From Maribacter sp. (GTDB lineage: Bacteria; Bacteroidota; Bacteroidia; Flavobacteriales; Flavobacteriaceae): a stretch of 64,000 bases of DNA. The notes under the pieces were generated by a model that saw only the letters and a program-made list of their open reading frames with translations, was not told the origin of the DNA and did not search any database. The stretch covers positions 10,533-74,532 of the forward strand of contig JARFRH010000054.1 in assembly GCA_029287355.1 (NCBI GenBank), in the 5' to 3' direction. This document shows positions 13,001 to 18,030 of the stretch, piece after piece. The position numbers and the translations under genes are program-made. Every line of letters starts with the position of its first letter. The stretch's first letter is position 1.

Positions 13001-14830
13001 CTTTCTGATACCTTTACTGGTCTAGGAGCTGGTATTTATAGCATAACAGTTACGGATGGATGGAATTGCGACGTAGAAACCAATCAAGTGACCATTACCG
13101 AACCAACAGAAGTTGCCGCCTCTTTGATTCGAACAGATCCATTGACCTGTACTACAGGAGTCGAATTTGAGCTGACAGCGACCGGTGGAAGCGGTACGTA
13201 CGAATACAGTGTGGACGATATTACGTTCTTACCTATGACCAGCAACCCAATGGGCTTGCCTGCTAGTGGAGTTCTAGCTGCTGGAACATACCAGTACTAT
13301 GTGCGCGATGCGATAAACGGCTGTGATGCGGTTCTATCAAATGCGATTACCGAAGACCTCATTGAAGCATTGATACTAACTATCGATGAAAGCGCAGCTT
13401 TCATAAACTGTAATGGAGAAAGTACAGCGGCCATATATGCTTCTGCACAAGGTGGTTTGGGCAACTATATGTATGAGTTGTTCACAGATGCCTCCTTGAG
13501 CGTGGCCTCTAGAATTGCAGGGCCACAAGCTTCCGGTGAATTCGGAATGCTCCCAGCCGGAACGTATTATGTAACCGTTATTAGTGAAGATTGTACGGCT
13601 ACCCCTGAAGAAGTTGTGATTAACGAGCCAACACCGTTAGACTACACCGAAGAGGTTGTCAATGTACTTTGTTTCGGAGAAGACAATGGGTCAATAACGG
13701 TAACCTTATCAGGTGGATCTGGTGGCTATCAATATGCCATTTCACCGAACTTAAATCAATTTGACGATGAAAATGCCTTTGATGAATTGGCACCTGGGGA
13801 TTATACCATTATTGCACAAGATCAAAACGGGTGTTTTATAGAACTACAATATACGATTACGGATCCCGAACCTTTGTCGGCGAATGCAACAACCACCCCT
13901 GAAATTTGTGCAGATGAAGAGAACGGAACTATCGATTTGACCATTCAAGGGGGTACAGCACCTTATAGTACTCGTTTAAGTGACGAGGCTAATTTTGTGC
14001 AGGATCGCGTATCCTTTACCGATTTAGCCGCAGGGGGTTATATCATATTTGTTCAGGATGCCAATGGTTGTGAAACCGATTTGGGTATCACTATTGAACC
14101 TGGGGCCAACTTGAGTGCGATTGTAGAACCGATTTATGAATGCACTGGGGATAGCCCGGATAATTACGTAAATATAACTTTTGAAGATCCTTCGGTGACA
14201 GGTGATGTTCTTTATGCTTTGGATTCAACCGATCCGGCAGACATGCAGCTTAATCCAGACTTTCGAAATTCAACTCCAGGCATACATTATATTGCTATTG
14301 CCCACGCAAATGGTTGTGTGATTACTGTGGAATTTGAAATTGAGGCATATGAACCCCTCGCCTTGGTTCTTGAGCAGAACAGTATCAACGAAATAACGGC
14401 AATTGCCACAGGTGGTAGACCGGATTATACCTTTTATTTCGACGACGTGAATAATGGCACAGACAATACGTACGTTATTAACAGAAGTGACACCTATGTG
14501 GTCCGCGTTATAGATCAAAACGGATGTGAGGTAATGGCAACTATTGAAATGGAGTTCATAGACATCGAAATTCCCAACTTCTTTACCCCAGATGGTGATG
14601 GTCTTAACGATTTCTGGAAGCCAAGAAATATTGAACAGTTTCCTGAAATACTAATTAAAATATTTGACCGTTATGGAAGGGTGGTTGCCGACGATATCGT
14701 AAATAAAGCAGGATGGGACGGACTTTACAAAGAAAACGAACTTCCAACCGGTGATTACTGGTACGTGATAAAACTCGAAGGAGAGAATGATGATCGAGAG
14801 TTTGTTGGACATTTTACCCTATATCGCTAA
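1073..14830 (+). CDS. Giant (4585 aa) SprB-family repeat adhesin with T9SS type-B C-terminal sorting domain
   Basis: Single uninterrupted ORF. N-terminal signal peptide (KKLVVVLVFLIAFVGFSQE). DUF11-like segment (VLDYVLYFTNYGNDDATNYTIRDVLP). Dozens of Cys-framed modules with the SprB-repeat pattern C.G..DG.I...GG..PY.YS.DG..FQ...F.GL..G.Y...V.D..GC. C-terminus IPNFFTPDGDGLNDFW...GWDG...PTGDYWYVIKL...GHFTLYR matches the gliding-motility-associated (type B) T9SS CTD. Confidence 0.9.
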   Translation: MLPNLTKKLVVVLVFLIAFVGFSQEYNNFEVRYQNNIKGDLTFISNQIVNRDGGTATTEPEDAYNNLNNTNGYWPSSNRNVETGGYYNYNDYKDMRYIDVDGDPSTFNSSTTTFNFPNTDCNLIRYAGLYWSATYPRDNTTDPIGTPRQYAIDQVKLKVPGGAYVNITADEVLYDGLFDPALMANAPYAAYADVTAQISALADPTGDYTVADIPVAQGVGYDLATGTSHMTGGSAGGWTLVIVYENPTLTGKLITTFDGFARVTGTDQIDINYNGFTTIPVGPVNADIGAAALEGDFRITGDFMSIEAASNSGFTTMSNTVNPANNFFNSNITLDGALLPGRTPSSANTLGWDTDIFQLNNPINGVIPNNETAATFRFGTSGDQYYPFFNSFNIEIIEPDIVLEKKVEDIGGNDITGQGVNLGQVLDYVLYFTNYGNDDATNYTIRDVLPINVTLDEANITMPPGTTYVYTPATRTVEFTIPDDIIQAGDPTANIRLRVQVAENCFDFIDACTDLIQNVAYSTYEGGINDNQITDDPSVTAFNNCQPPTPGATNFLLDDLSDCNFTRSVELCGSSALLDAGDNFDSYIWVRDDNNNNEIDPSDPVITDGDPDNDPSTMTVTTVGTYIVDKIVADPCKGFKEIINVEAYGSGTIPNPIIEYYTTVNGDADPSNDIAGEIVTCSIDGDLLPKIFLCGINDSAPLLVNILDAQSISWEVLDESSCAPEGDDCANKNLTCTWNEVSTGSSYEVTNAGKYRLSVTYQNGCTSRFYFNVFQNTLDIQYNKRDIVCTTNGNITITNLGANYGFQLVDEATNAILIPFSANNGPSFDFGPGENGGYFVEVTQLDGTGNPIVGACVFSTPEIGVLDRNVTYNVNVTDVTCTAMGQVNIQVLNAEPNYEYEIRLDDGSNGGLGTLVDSETAQPDNNFTFTDLNPGNYIAVARTADGCSYSEQITIIDDNDLELEARVSQHVTCKEGNILMDSNGGQTPHTYAIWSFVDVNGIVVTSYPDVSAIAPSEYQTSVIFDILEPGEYTFVVVDRNNCYAFSDTVEIEFRPPAEFGQASYTHQACFGDASGAIQMNLIDNGGYQLTYYLFDFSISAEDALAENFDINLALASNASGYFPGLMTGDYTIIVNMRKGSASCNFPHYHTITGPANALAAEAVLIDDYTCVQDGIIEAQNVVGGTAPYSYSIDGINFFSGPGAERFSGLTDGNYTITVRDDLDCTITTNTITINPRNEPSDLTFVSTQALCPALTSDVTVTVVDGNAPFTYEIIAPLANATNNVNDPLFVGLTPGTYTFQVTDDKGCVIQESYTIASVVPITVTGQLDRNISCLGLSDGAANFNVGNFNTTYDYSITGPATFSGTAVFLNTIPLTGLAAGTYSITVTDNDTNCIATTDVTIAAPPAALVIANLDVTDMSCSTIGTNPGSVVISATDGWGVYEYELEDPTGGTVGPQPTNSFTGLTDTSGNYTVTVRDAGGCEVTQTFMLSPAIAPVLAVTANSLCYDGTTGLTITANVTSGGEAPFQYRLAPSGAYQSNPVFSGLGPGAYTIEVIDSKNCTATASIDVFPTLTASANLVKDLDCSATPDAEISINITGGNPTFNYEVIRDGASVQANTPVPGIPFSYFTTTAGSYEFIITDIESCTVTTNQVLVTANDPPTAVEVLTDPLCATSADGIAELQISGGTPPYQIVFDGSAPSTQTAYPGLVAGTYNYSVTDSKGCILNDDVTLSAPAVLLPGTIDLVTAYRCDNTSATLQAINYSGGTPGYTFSIDGVTFQASDTFSTGITAGSYTITVRDTNGCTESTPAVVIDPLDPPTDLTFTQSAPTCPAIVSDVTVTVIDGTAPYVYEITAPAASIDNNGNNNVFTGLNPGTYTFQITDGKGCIIQENYTVTDIPRVDVISQLTNNVSCFGLSDGEFSFTTSDFASTYSYTVENSAATVVQSQPNINLPTAIAVAGLIADTYTVTITDDTTNCTATTSMVISNPPAALDFTFTNTPVTCIENASIIVTATDGWGGYEYQLENTVGPAIVYAYQANNTFVNVPAGSYTIYVRDAGGCVVSKPIVLDPAVTPTIAVDAVSDYCFDNTNQASLVIDISDGVAPFTYSINGVDQGAAVGNPFTIANLIPGNYTIQVTDGYGCVSNILNETIAPQLSASAIVTKALDCTVSPDAIIDVSISNGYTPYVTYEVSSDGGTSWSATTAIVGANFTYSTPSAGTYDFRITDNQGCAVITQAIIGPIVNPEITSLVQTADILCNGDAGASIQVNLDTIQGVAPFTISVLNTTTSTNYGTQTSGLPAGTYEVTVTDAKSCSDMEIIVIDEPDAITYDISLVPITCNPATGTDPGSISVENLLGGTAEYEYHLTGNNGYSASYATISGGENHTFAILEFGIYEVDVIDANGCSVVTTNIIASPPDDLDIDVSAITADCVSGGTAIVTVSTAILGTNYEFGILDSFGVPYASTYFAPDTAGGPTRTFTGLTPGITYTFVVHDMTTNCYYFETAAAPIDSPSNLTSTLDAVNNITCTGSADGSVSFSFDNYAADATSVTYEIFNSQSNASTGITGTESVNAPPVGTGVTVTNVGPLPYGVYYILFSEDDGTYSGCSVASAQFTITESINELAVTATLEKNDNCNVNAGQVSAIAQFGTRPYEYQIALSTDPAPTALAWAGSTANFFNVEGGDYIVYAMDAHGCIRFDAVTVPTDIEPEISLVLNDQCTADEGGFSVDIILDVPGIVPHAISIDGSAPQAAPGLVNAGDRITISNLSSGPHTFAVVDLNGCADTDPITIYPPLNISANISAVENCDPANSGEVTVTVNGGSGNYSYTQITPAGPTNPTGVFTGLTHSVSYTFEVLDTTTNCTLPIDITLPAPAIPTFTLDATDVSCFSGADGTITVTLDPGNIDIPYEYSLDGGTTTQTSNVFLGQTQGTYTITVISDKGCADTRSIDINEPSALDVSASASAFSCDDAASTITVTINNDGTGNPSGTGPYVYSFDNGINFQPGNTSQVPFGSPDVNVVVRDANGCADTEIVPIPVMQEVTAVVNQLQPIDCSNLQEIVEIVASNGSGTYSYTELPSGNIVADPTNIILTQPGTYVFEILDTVTNCSVTVEHIIAPYDLIEVVAAVTTDATCSDSADGVIQVTITGYSGTFDYQVLDNTGTPIAGTLNSDNAIADPHTFNLASTLPAGIYSIQITETTFPECQDVSNQVTIDAPEPLALQLVDNVNANCNEANAIVTVQASGGTAPYSYGASIGGAGIPATFLFDSTIELDPTTSLNWDIYVQDANNCVIAGPLAVLIDTDTIPDISLVLDDECVAEGSFEITVSLDAINLGVAPYTMSIDGLGFQNIPSFPYTYTNLSAGLHSVEIRDANGCGEIENITVDPELRVTAQIISQPTCNTDDGVIAFTVIGGDASNAVTLLNAATMVDTGLTPVGNQFSGLAFGDYIVRVTDTPLTAISCTADAPVSLEEPTPVTLLATDPTDISCEGASDGTITINLEPSSAGVNDNPPYTFEINDGSTTTTQNTNLFTGLPAGTYDITVTSNRNCIAIDQVTISEPTALVANITNLTPFACDADNAQQSATIEVTITAGTGTPDYSYSVNGGAFLPTGGTVFTYTVSTAGNYDIIIRDANGCPFTLPTVTIAPLNTFTADVTQDLAITCDPAQPEQVLITVTETAASGDIYSFDLLPIGNPNGVMTSSTNTTANFDLTAVGRYTFRVTNTTTGCYIDTAPYEIAPYDLIEVIATATTPLTCFNDGTGAMEINITGYAGTYDYQIFDSANNPIGGLVSTDTSINPRPITGLNGGNYYIRVIETDPTSTMCDDDSNVVTIQSPDMPLAELTTPLTNVTCADGQGEASVVPSGGYAPYDIILTNTTTGQVSPTATDVQAMVFTGLSAGDYSVEVTDSNGCVITNSYPNLFVLPTYIIANAIPLVTNLACFGDTTGTVTGIVTSGGSGSYEYQLNYYDDAGATIEATTGEQLSDTFTGLGAGIYSITVTDGWNCDVETNQVTITEPTEVAASLIRTDPLTCTTGVEFELTATGGSGTYEYSVDDITFLPMTSNPMGLPASGVLAAGTYQYYVRDAINGCDAVLSNAITEDLIEALILTIDESAAFINCNGESTAAIYASAQGGLGNYMYELFTDASLSVASRIAGPQASGEFGMLPAGTYYVTVISEDCTATPEEVVINEPTPLDYTEEVVNVLCFGEDNGSITVTLSGGSGGYQYAISPNLNQFDDENAFDELAPGDYTIIAQDQNGCFIELQYTITDPEPLSANATTTPEICADEENGTIDLTIQGGTAPYSTRLSDEANFVQDRVSFTDLAAGGYIIFVQDANGCETDLGITIEPGANLSAIVEPIYECTGDSPDNYVNITFEDPSVTGDVLYALDSTDPADMQLNPDFRNSTPGIHYIAIAHANGCVITVEFEIEAYEPLALVLEQNSINEITAIATGGRPDYTFYFDDVNNGTDNTYVINRSDTYVVRVIDQNGCEVMATIEMEFIDIEIPNFFTPDGDGLNDFWKPRNIEQFPEILIKIFDRYGRVVADDIVNKAGWDGLYKENELPTGDYWYVIKLEGENDDREFVGHFTLYR
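4781..7800 (+). repeat. Higher-order in-frame tandem duplication inside the adhesin gene (period 1737 nt, 579 aa)
   Basis: NEPSDLTFVSTQALCPALTSDVTVTVVDGNAPFTYEI... (codon at 4781) aligns colinearly over several hundred aa with DPPTDLTFTQSAPTCPAIVSDVTVTVIDGTAPYVYEI... (codon at 6518). The preceding module is also colinear. Confidence 0.8.
9179..12650 (+). repeat. Second set of higher-order in-frame duplications inside the adhesin gene (periods 1788 and 1860 nt)
   Basis: TDIEPEISLVLNDQC (ISLVL at 9194) matches DTIPDISLVLDDEC (ISLVL at 10982). IAPYDLIEVVAAVTTDATC (ATT at 10406) matches IAPYDLIEVIATATTPLTC (ATT at 12266). Flanking modules are colinear, and the 36 nt compared at the second junction match at 30/36 positions. 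Confidence 0.75.
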
Positions 14831-14849
14831 TACTTAACCTAAACAAGAC

Positions 14850-15794
14850 ATGCGCAGCAAAATATTAATACTATTCCTTTCTCTGGTTGGCCTTGTGGCG
14901 AATGGACAGGAGTTGACCATACCTCAGCTATCGCAGTATTTGGCGGATAACCCTTTTGTAATGTCCCCCACTTATGCCGGTATTGGTGACCATGTAAAAA
15001 TTCGAATTAACGGACTTACACAATGGGTAGGTATCAAAGATGCTCCAGACACACAGTCTTTGGCGGCAGATATGCGTATCGGCGAACAATCAGGCTTGGG
15101 AACTTTATTGTATAATGATAGTAATGGTGAAACCAAACAACGTGGGGCACGACTTTCATTTGCCCACCACCTCACTATTGATCGTTATGATGACAAGTTC
15201 CTTTCTTTCGGTCTCTCGTATAATTTCAATCAATTTCGTATTGATATCGAAAACTTCGATGCCTTGGACCCAAGTGTTACTGATGACAGAGCTACTACTA
15301 ACCATAACTTTGACGTTGGTTTCTTATATCGATGGGACAAATTTTATTTCAGTGCCAATGCTTCGAACATCATCAATAAAGACTTGACGAAATTCAACCC
15401 TGTTTTTGAGCCTAACCGACTGAGAAACTACTACGTTTATACCGGGTATCGTTATAAAAAGAATAAGAACAGTGATTTGGAAATTGAGCCATCTGTTTTC
15501 TTTCAGTTGTTCGAAAGTGACGGTCGATCCGTAACGGATCTAAATGTCAAGTTCCGATGGTATGATTTTGAAGATTATTACTATGCTGGGGTTACCTATC
15601 GTTTTTTGAATGATCAAATTGGGGATCCATTATATATAGCTCCTATCGTTGGTCTTAAGAAGAACAATTTTTACTTCGGATATTCGTACCAAGTGATTTT
15701 AAACGAAATTTTGGGCTATAGCACAGGTACGCATGTCGTTACGCTTGGCGTGGATTTATTTCAGGGTATTAGTAATTGTAGATGTACGTACTAA
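14850..15794 (+). CDS. PorP/SprF-family type IX secretion system membrane protein
   Basis: 314 aa with a signal peptide. The N-terminal motif PQLSQYLADNPFVMSPTYAG is typical of the PorP/SprF family, and the rest has beta-barrel-like Y/F-rich alternation. It starts 20 nt after the type-B CTD adhesin stop. Confidence 0.85.
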   Translation: MRSKILILFLSLVGLVANGQELTIPQLSQYLADNPFVMSPTYAGIGDHVKIRINGLTQWVGIKDAPDTQSLAADMRIGEQSGLGTLLYNDSNGETKQRGARLSFAHHLTIDRYDDKFLSFGLSYNFNQFRIDIENFDALDPSVTDDRATTNHNFDVGFLYRWDKFYFSANASNIINKDLTKFNPVFEPNRLRNYYVYTGYRYKKNKNSDLEIEPSVFFQLFESDGRSVTDLNVKFRWYDFEDYYYAGVTYRFLNDQIGDPLYIAPIVGLKKNNFYFGYSYQVILNEILGYSTGTHVVTLGVDLFQGISNCRCTY

Positions 15795-15841
15795 ATTCAA
15801 ATCCTCTTTTTTTCTTTTTCAGTTTTTTCAATGGATTGATC

Positions 15842-15849
15842 TAAGTTTG
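15842..15849 (+). promoter_or_regulatory. Candidate Bacteroidota -7 box (TAagTTTG) upstream of folB
   Basis: Exact match to the TAnnTTTG consensus, 17 nt before the folB TTG start. No clear -33 TTG. Confidence 0.35.
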
Positions 15850-15865
15850 CTAAAAATAATTTGCC

Positions 15866-16225
15866 TTGGGGAAAATCAAAGTTGAAAACATAAAAGTATA
15901 TGCTTATCACGGGTGTTTGGAAGAAGAAACCATAATTGGATCCGAATATCGAGTTGATGTTTCTGTGAAAGCGAATCTTGCTAAGCCTTCAAAGACAGAT
16001 GAATTGAGCGATACCGTTGATTACGTTCATATTAATCATATCGTAAAAGAAGAAATGAAAATTCCTTCCAAACTTCTTGAACATGTGGCCCAAAGAATTA
16101 TTGATCGCATTTTCGCCGAAATAGAACAGGTTTTAAAAAGTAAGGTTTCCGTTTCAAAAATAAATCCGCCGATAGGAGGAGATGTGCAAATGGTCACCAT
16201 TGTGCTTTCTGCAAAAAGATCGTGA
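15866..16225 (+). CDS. folB: Dihydroneopterin aldolase
   Basis: 119 aa. IKVYAYHGCLEEETIIGSEYRVDVSV...DTVDYVHINHIVKEEM is characteristic of FolB. The start codon appears to be TTG. Confidence 0.85.
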   Translation: MGKIKVENIKVYAYHGCLEEETIIGSEYRVDVSVKANLAKPSKTDELSDTVDYVHINHIVKEEMKIPSKLLEHVAQRIIDRIFAEIEQVLKSKVSVSKINPPIGGDVQMVTIVLSAKRS

Positions 16226-16277
16226 TTATAACACTTTGATAGGTTGGAATAAGGCACTACCTTTACATCCTCAATTT

Positions 16278-16348
16278 GGCATCGTGGCCGAGTGGCTAGG
16301 CGCAGCTCTGCAAAAGCTTGTACAGCGGTTCGAATCCGCTCGATGCCT
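16278..16348 (+). tRNA. tRNA-Cys (GCA)
   Basis: The 71-nt sequence folds manually into a cloverleaf. Acceptor stem GGCATCG/CGATGCC, anticodon loop CTGCAAA (U33, GCA, A37), T arm AGCGG-TTCGAAT-CCGCT, and discriminator U as expected for tRNA-Cys. No encoded CCA. Confidence 0.9.
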
Positions 16349-16351
16349 CTA

Positions 16352-16380
16352 AATCCTCCTTAATTTAAGGGGGATTTTTT
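16352..16380 (+). terminator. Rho-independent terminator after tRNA-Cys
   Basis: Hairpin AATCCTCCTTA-ATT-TAAGGGGGATT (one G-U pair) followed by a T run. Confidence 0.75.
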
Positions 16381-16495
16381 ATATTACAATATTTTGAGTC
16401 TTATCCTTGCAAAGCCTTTTTCCGGATGCCCCAATCTGTTGAACCTTTGCGGCATGTTCAATAGATTGCTTTGTGACTGGCCATGACATTGGCTT

Positions 16496-17182
16496 TTATT
16501 CTCGAATTTTTTCTATTTTCTCTATTCCTTTTTCAATATTGAACTTATCTTTTGGAAGGAAACCTTTAATAATTAAAACCAATCCGCAAATCACCAAAAT
16601 CACTCCAAGACCTTTCTTTATCAAATGGATTCTTTCAAGGGTCAATTTGCGTTTAAGTTGTTTTGCTAAAAGTATCTTGAAGACATCTGTAATAAAATAC
16701 GCCAATAACATCGAACCAAAGAAAATTCGAATTCGATTAGGGTCATTTTCCACACTCGGACCAACAACAATGATAACCCCTAACCAGAAAACCAGAACAC
16801 CAATATTGATAAAATTGAGTAAAAAGCCTTTAATAAAAAGCCCAAGGTAGCCCTTGCTGATTTTAACCGCCTTCTCTTCTGTTTCCCTGGCTTTCCTTTT
16901 GGAGTCCTTCTTCGCGAATGTGGTTATGCCATAAACTAATAGAATAACACCCCCAAACACATACAGCCCTGGTTGATTGCTTAGGTTTTCCAAGAGCTGA
17001 AAACTACTGAAGTAGGCTACCGTGATAAAAAGAACATCGGCAAAAAGAACGCCCAAGTCAAAAACTATTGCCGCACGAAAACCTTTCAGTGCACTGGTCT
17101 CTAAAAGCACAAAAAATACAGGCCCAATCATGAAGCTTAATAAAAAGCCTAGTGGAATTGCCGCCTGTATGTCTTCTAACAT
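16496..17182 (-). CDS. LysE/RhtB-family amino-acid exporter
   Basis: 228 aa, multi-TM. The N-terminus AAIPLGFLLSFMIGPVFFVLLETSALKGFRAA is typical of the LysE family. Confidence 0.75.
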   Translation of the reverse strand: MLEDIQAAIPLGFLLSFMIGPVFFVLLETSALKGFRAAIVFDLGVLFADVLFITVAYFSSFQLLENLSNQPGLYVFGGVILLVYGITTFAKKDSKRKARETEEKAVKISKGYLGLFIKGFLLNFINIGVLVFWLGVIIVVGPSVENDPNRIRIFFGSMLLAYFITDVFKILLAKQLKRKLTLERIHLIKKGLGVILVICGLVLIIKGFLPKDKFNIEKGIEKIEKIRE

Positions 17183-17292
17183 GCTTTTTAAGACTTTAGA
17201 TGCTTAGCCTTAGGCGCTACACATCTTTTTTTGGTTTTATGAATAGCTTATTTGGCCTATTTTAAATTTCCAAATACACACTATTCTAAAAC

Positions 17293-17973
17293 TTAATGCA
17301 TTCTGGTTACTTTTCCACCGAATACGGTCTTCTCTTCCATTTTAGCTGGATCTCCATAAACCAACACCTCTCCTCCGGCTTTAACGGTTGCCTTTACATA
17401 ATCAAAAGCGTGGATTTCCGCTCGCGAACCAGCATTGACATTGACTGTGGAAAATTTTGTTTTTAAATCTTTGCCCTCATATACCCCACCAGTATTAATC
17501 ATGACATCTTGAAGGTCTGAGGTTCCTGTAGTTTTTACAACGCCTCCGGTTACGGTTTTAACCAACAATTGTTCTACTTCCACACTGACATCCAGCTCGC
17601 CACCTTCTTGCGCTTTTAACTCTAAAATATCTTGTTTGATGGTTTCTTGAGAAGTGATTCGTGCGTCTTCATTCACGTCGATGATTATCAATTTTTCAGT
17701 GTAATACAAATCCACGAAAGTACGATAACCACTAAATATCTTATCTATTTGCATTCGGAGCTTTAAAACTCCATCGTTGTTGACAATAGCCACCTTTTTT
17801 GTATTGGCTCCAGTAATGATAGCCTTATTTACATCCGATTTAATGAGGTTTATTGATAACCCATCAAACCCTTTAACCTCGGTGAACTTTTGTAGGTTTT
17901 GTGTGACCTCTTCTTCTTGACCTATTGCTTGGGTCACAAACAATAGCACAAAAAGTAAAATTACATTCTTCAT
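17293..17973 (-). CDS. Secreted head-GIN/DUF2807-like beta-helix protein
   Basis: 226 aa with a signal peptide. Repetitive G-rich beta-strand pattern (ITGAN..., VTGGVVKTTGTSD..., NAGSRAEIHA..., KAGGEVLVYG) resembles DUF2807/GIN domain proteins. Confidence 0.55.
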   Translation of the reverse strand: MKNVILLFVLLFVTQAIGQEEEVTQNLQKFTEVKGFDGLSINLIKSDVNKAIITGANTKKVAIVNNDGVLKLRMQIDKIFSGYRTFVDLYYTEKLIIIDVNEDARITSQETIKQDILELKAQEGGELDVSVEVEQLLVKTVTGGVVKTTGTSDLQDVMINTGGVYEGKDLKTKFSTVNVNAGSRAEIHAFDYVKATVKAGGEVLVYGDPAKMEEKTVFGGKVTRMH

Positions 17974-18030
17974 TAGGTAGGTTTTTAGGTATACATGACA
18001 TCCTTAAACAAAATCTATTCCAAAAGAATT

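Noticed and set aside
1139-14518. Many 60-240-aa ORFs on the minus strand or in alternative frames inside the giant adhesin gene (for example 1616-2344, 3341-3742 and 8162-8545).
   Set aside because: All are fully embedded in the 13.8-kb ORF, which has strong protein-level repeat and domain signatures. Their translations are low-complexity or Arg/Ile/Cys-rich, as expected from antisense reading of a T/G/D/N-rich repeat gene.
1073-14830. Possible CRISPR or other non-coding tandem array suggested by the strong periodicity.
   Set aside because: The periodic units are in-frame protein modules of variable length and diverged sequence. There are no identical short direct repeats with unique spacers and no cas genes.
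16473-16850. 125-aa plus-strand ORF overlapping the LysE gene.
   Set aside because: It is antisense to a well-supported multi-TM LysE-family ORF. Its translation is a repetitive, low-complexity Ile/Lys/Pro/Ser-rich sequence.
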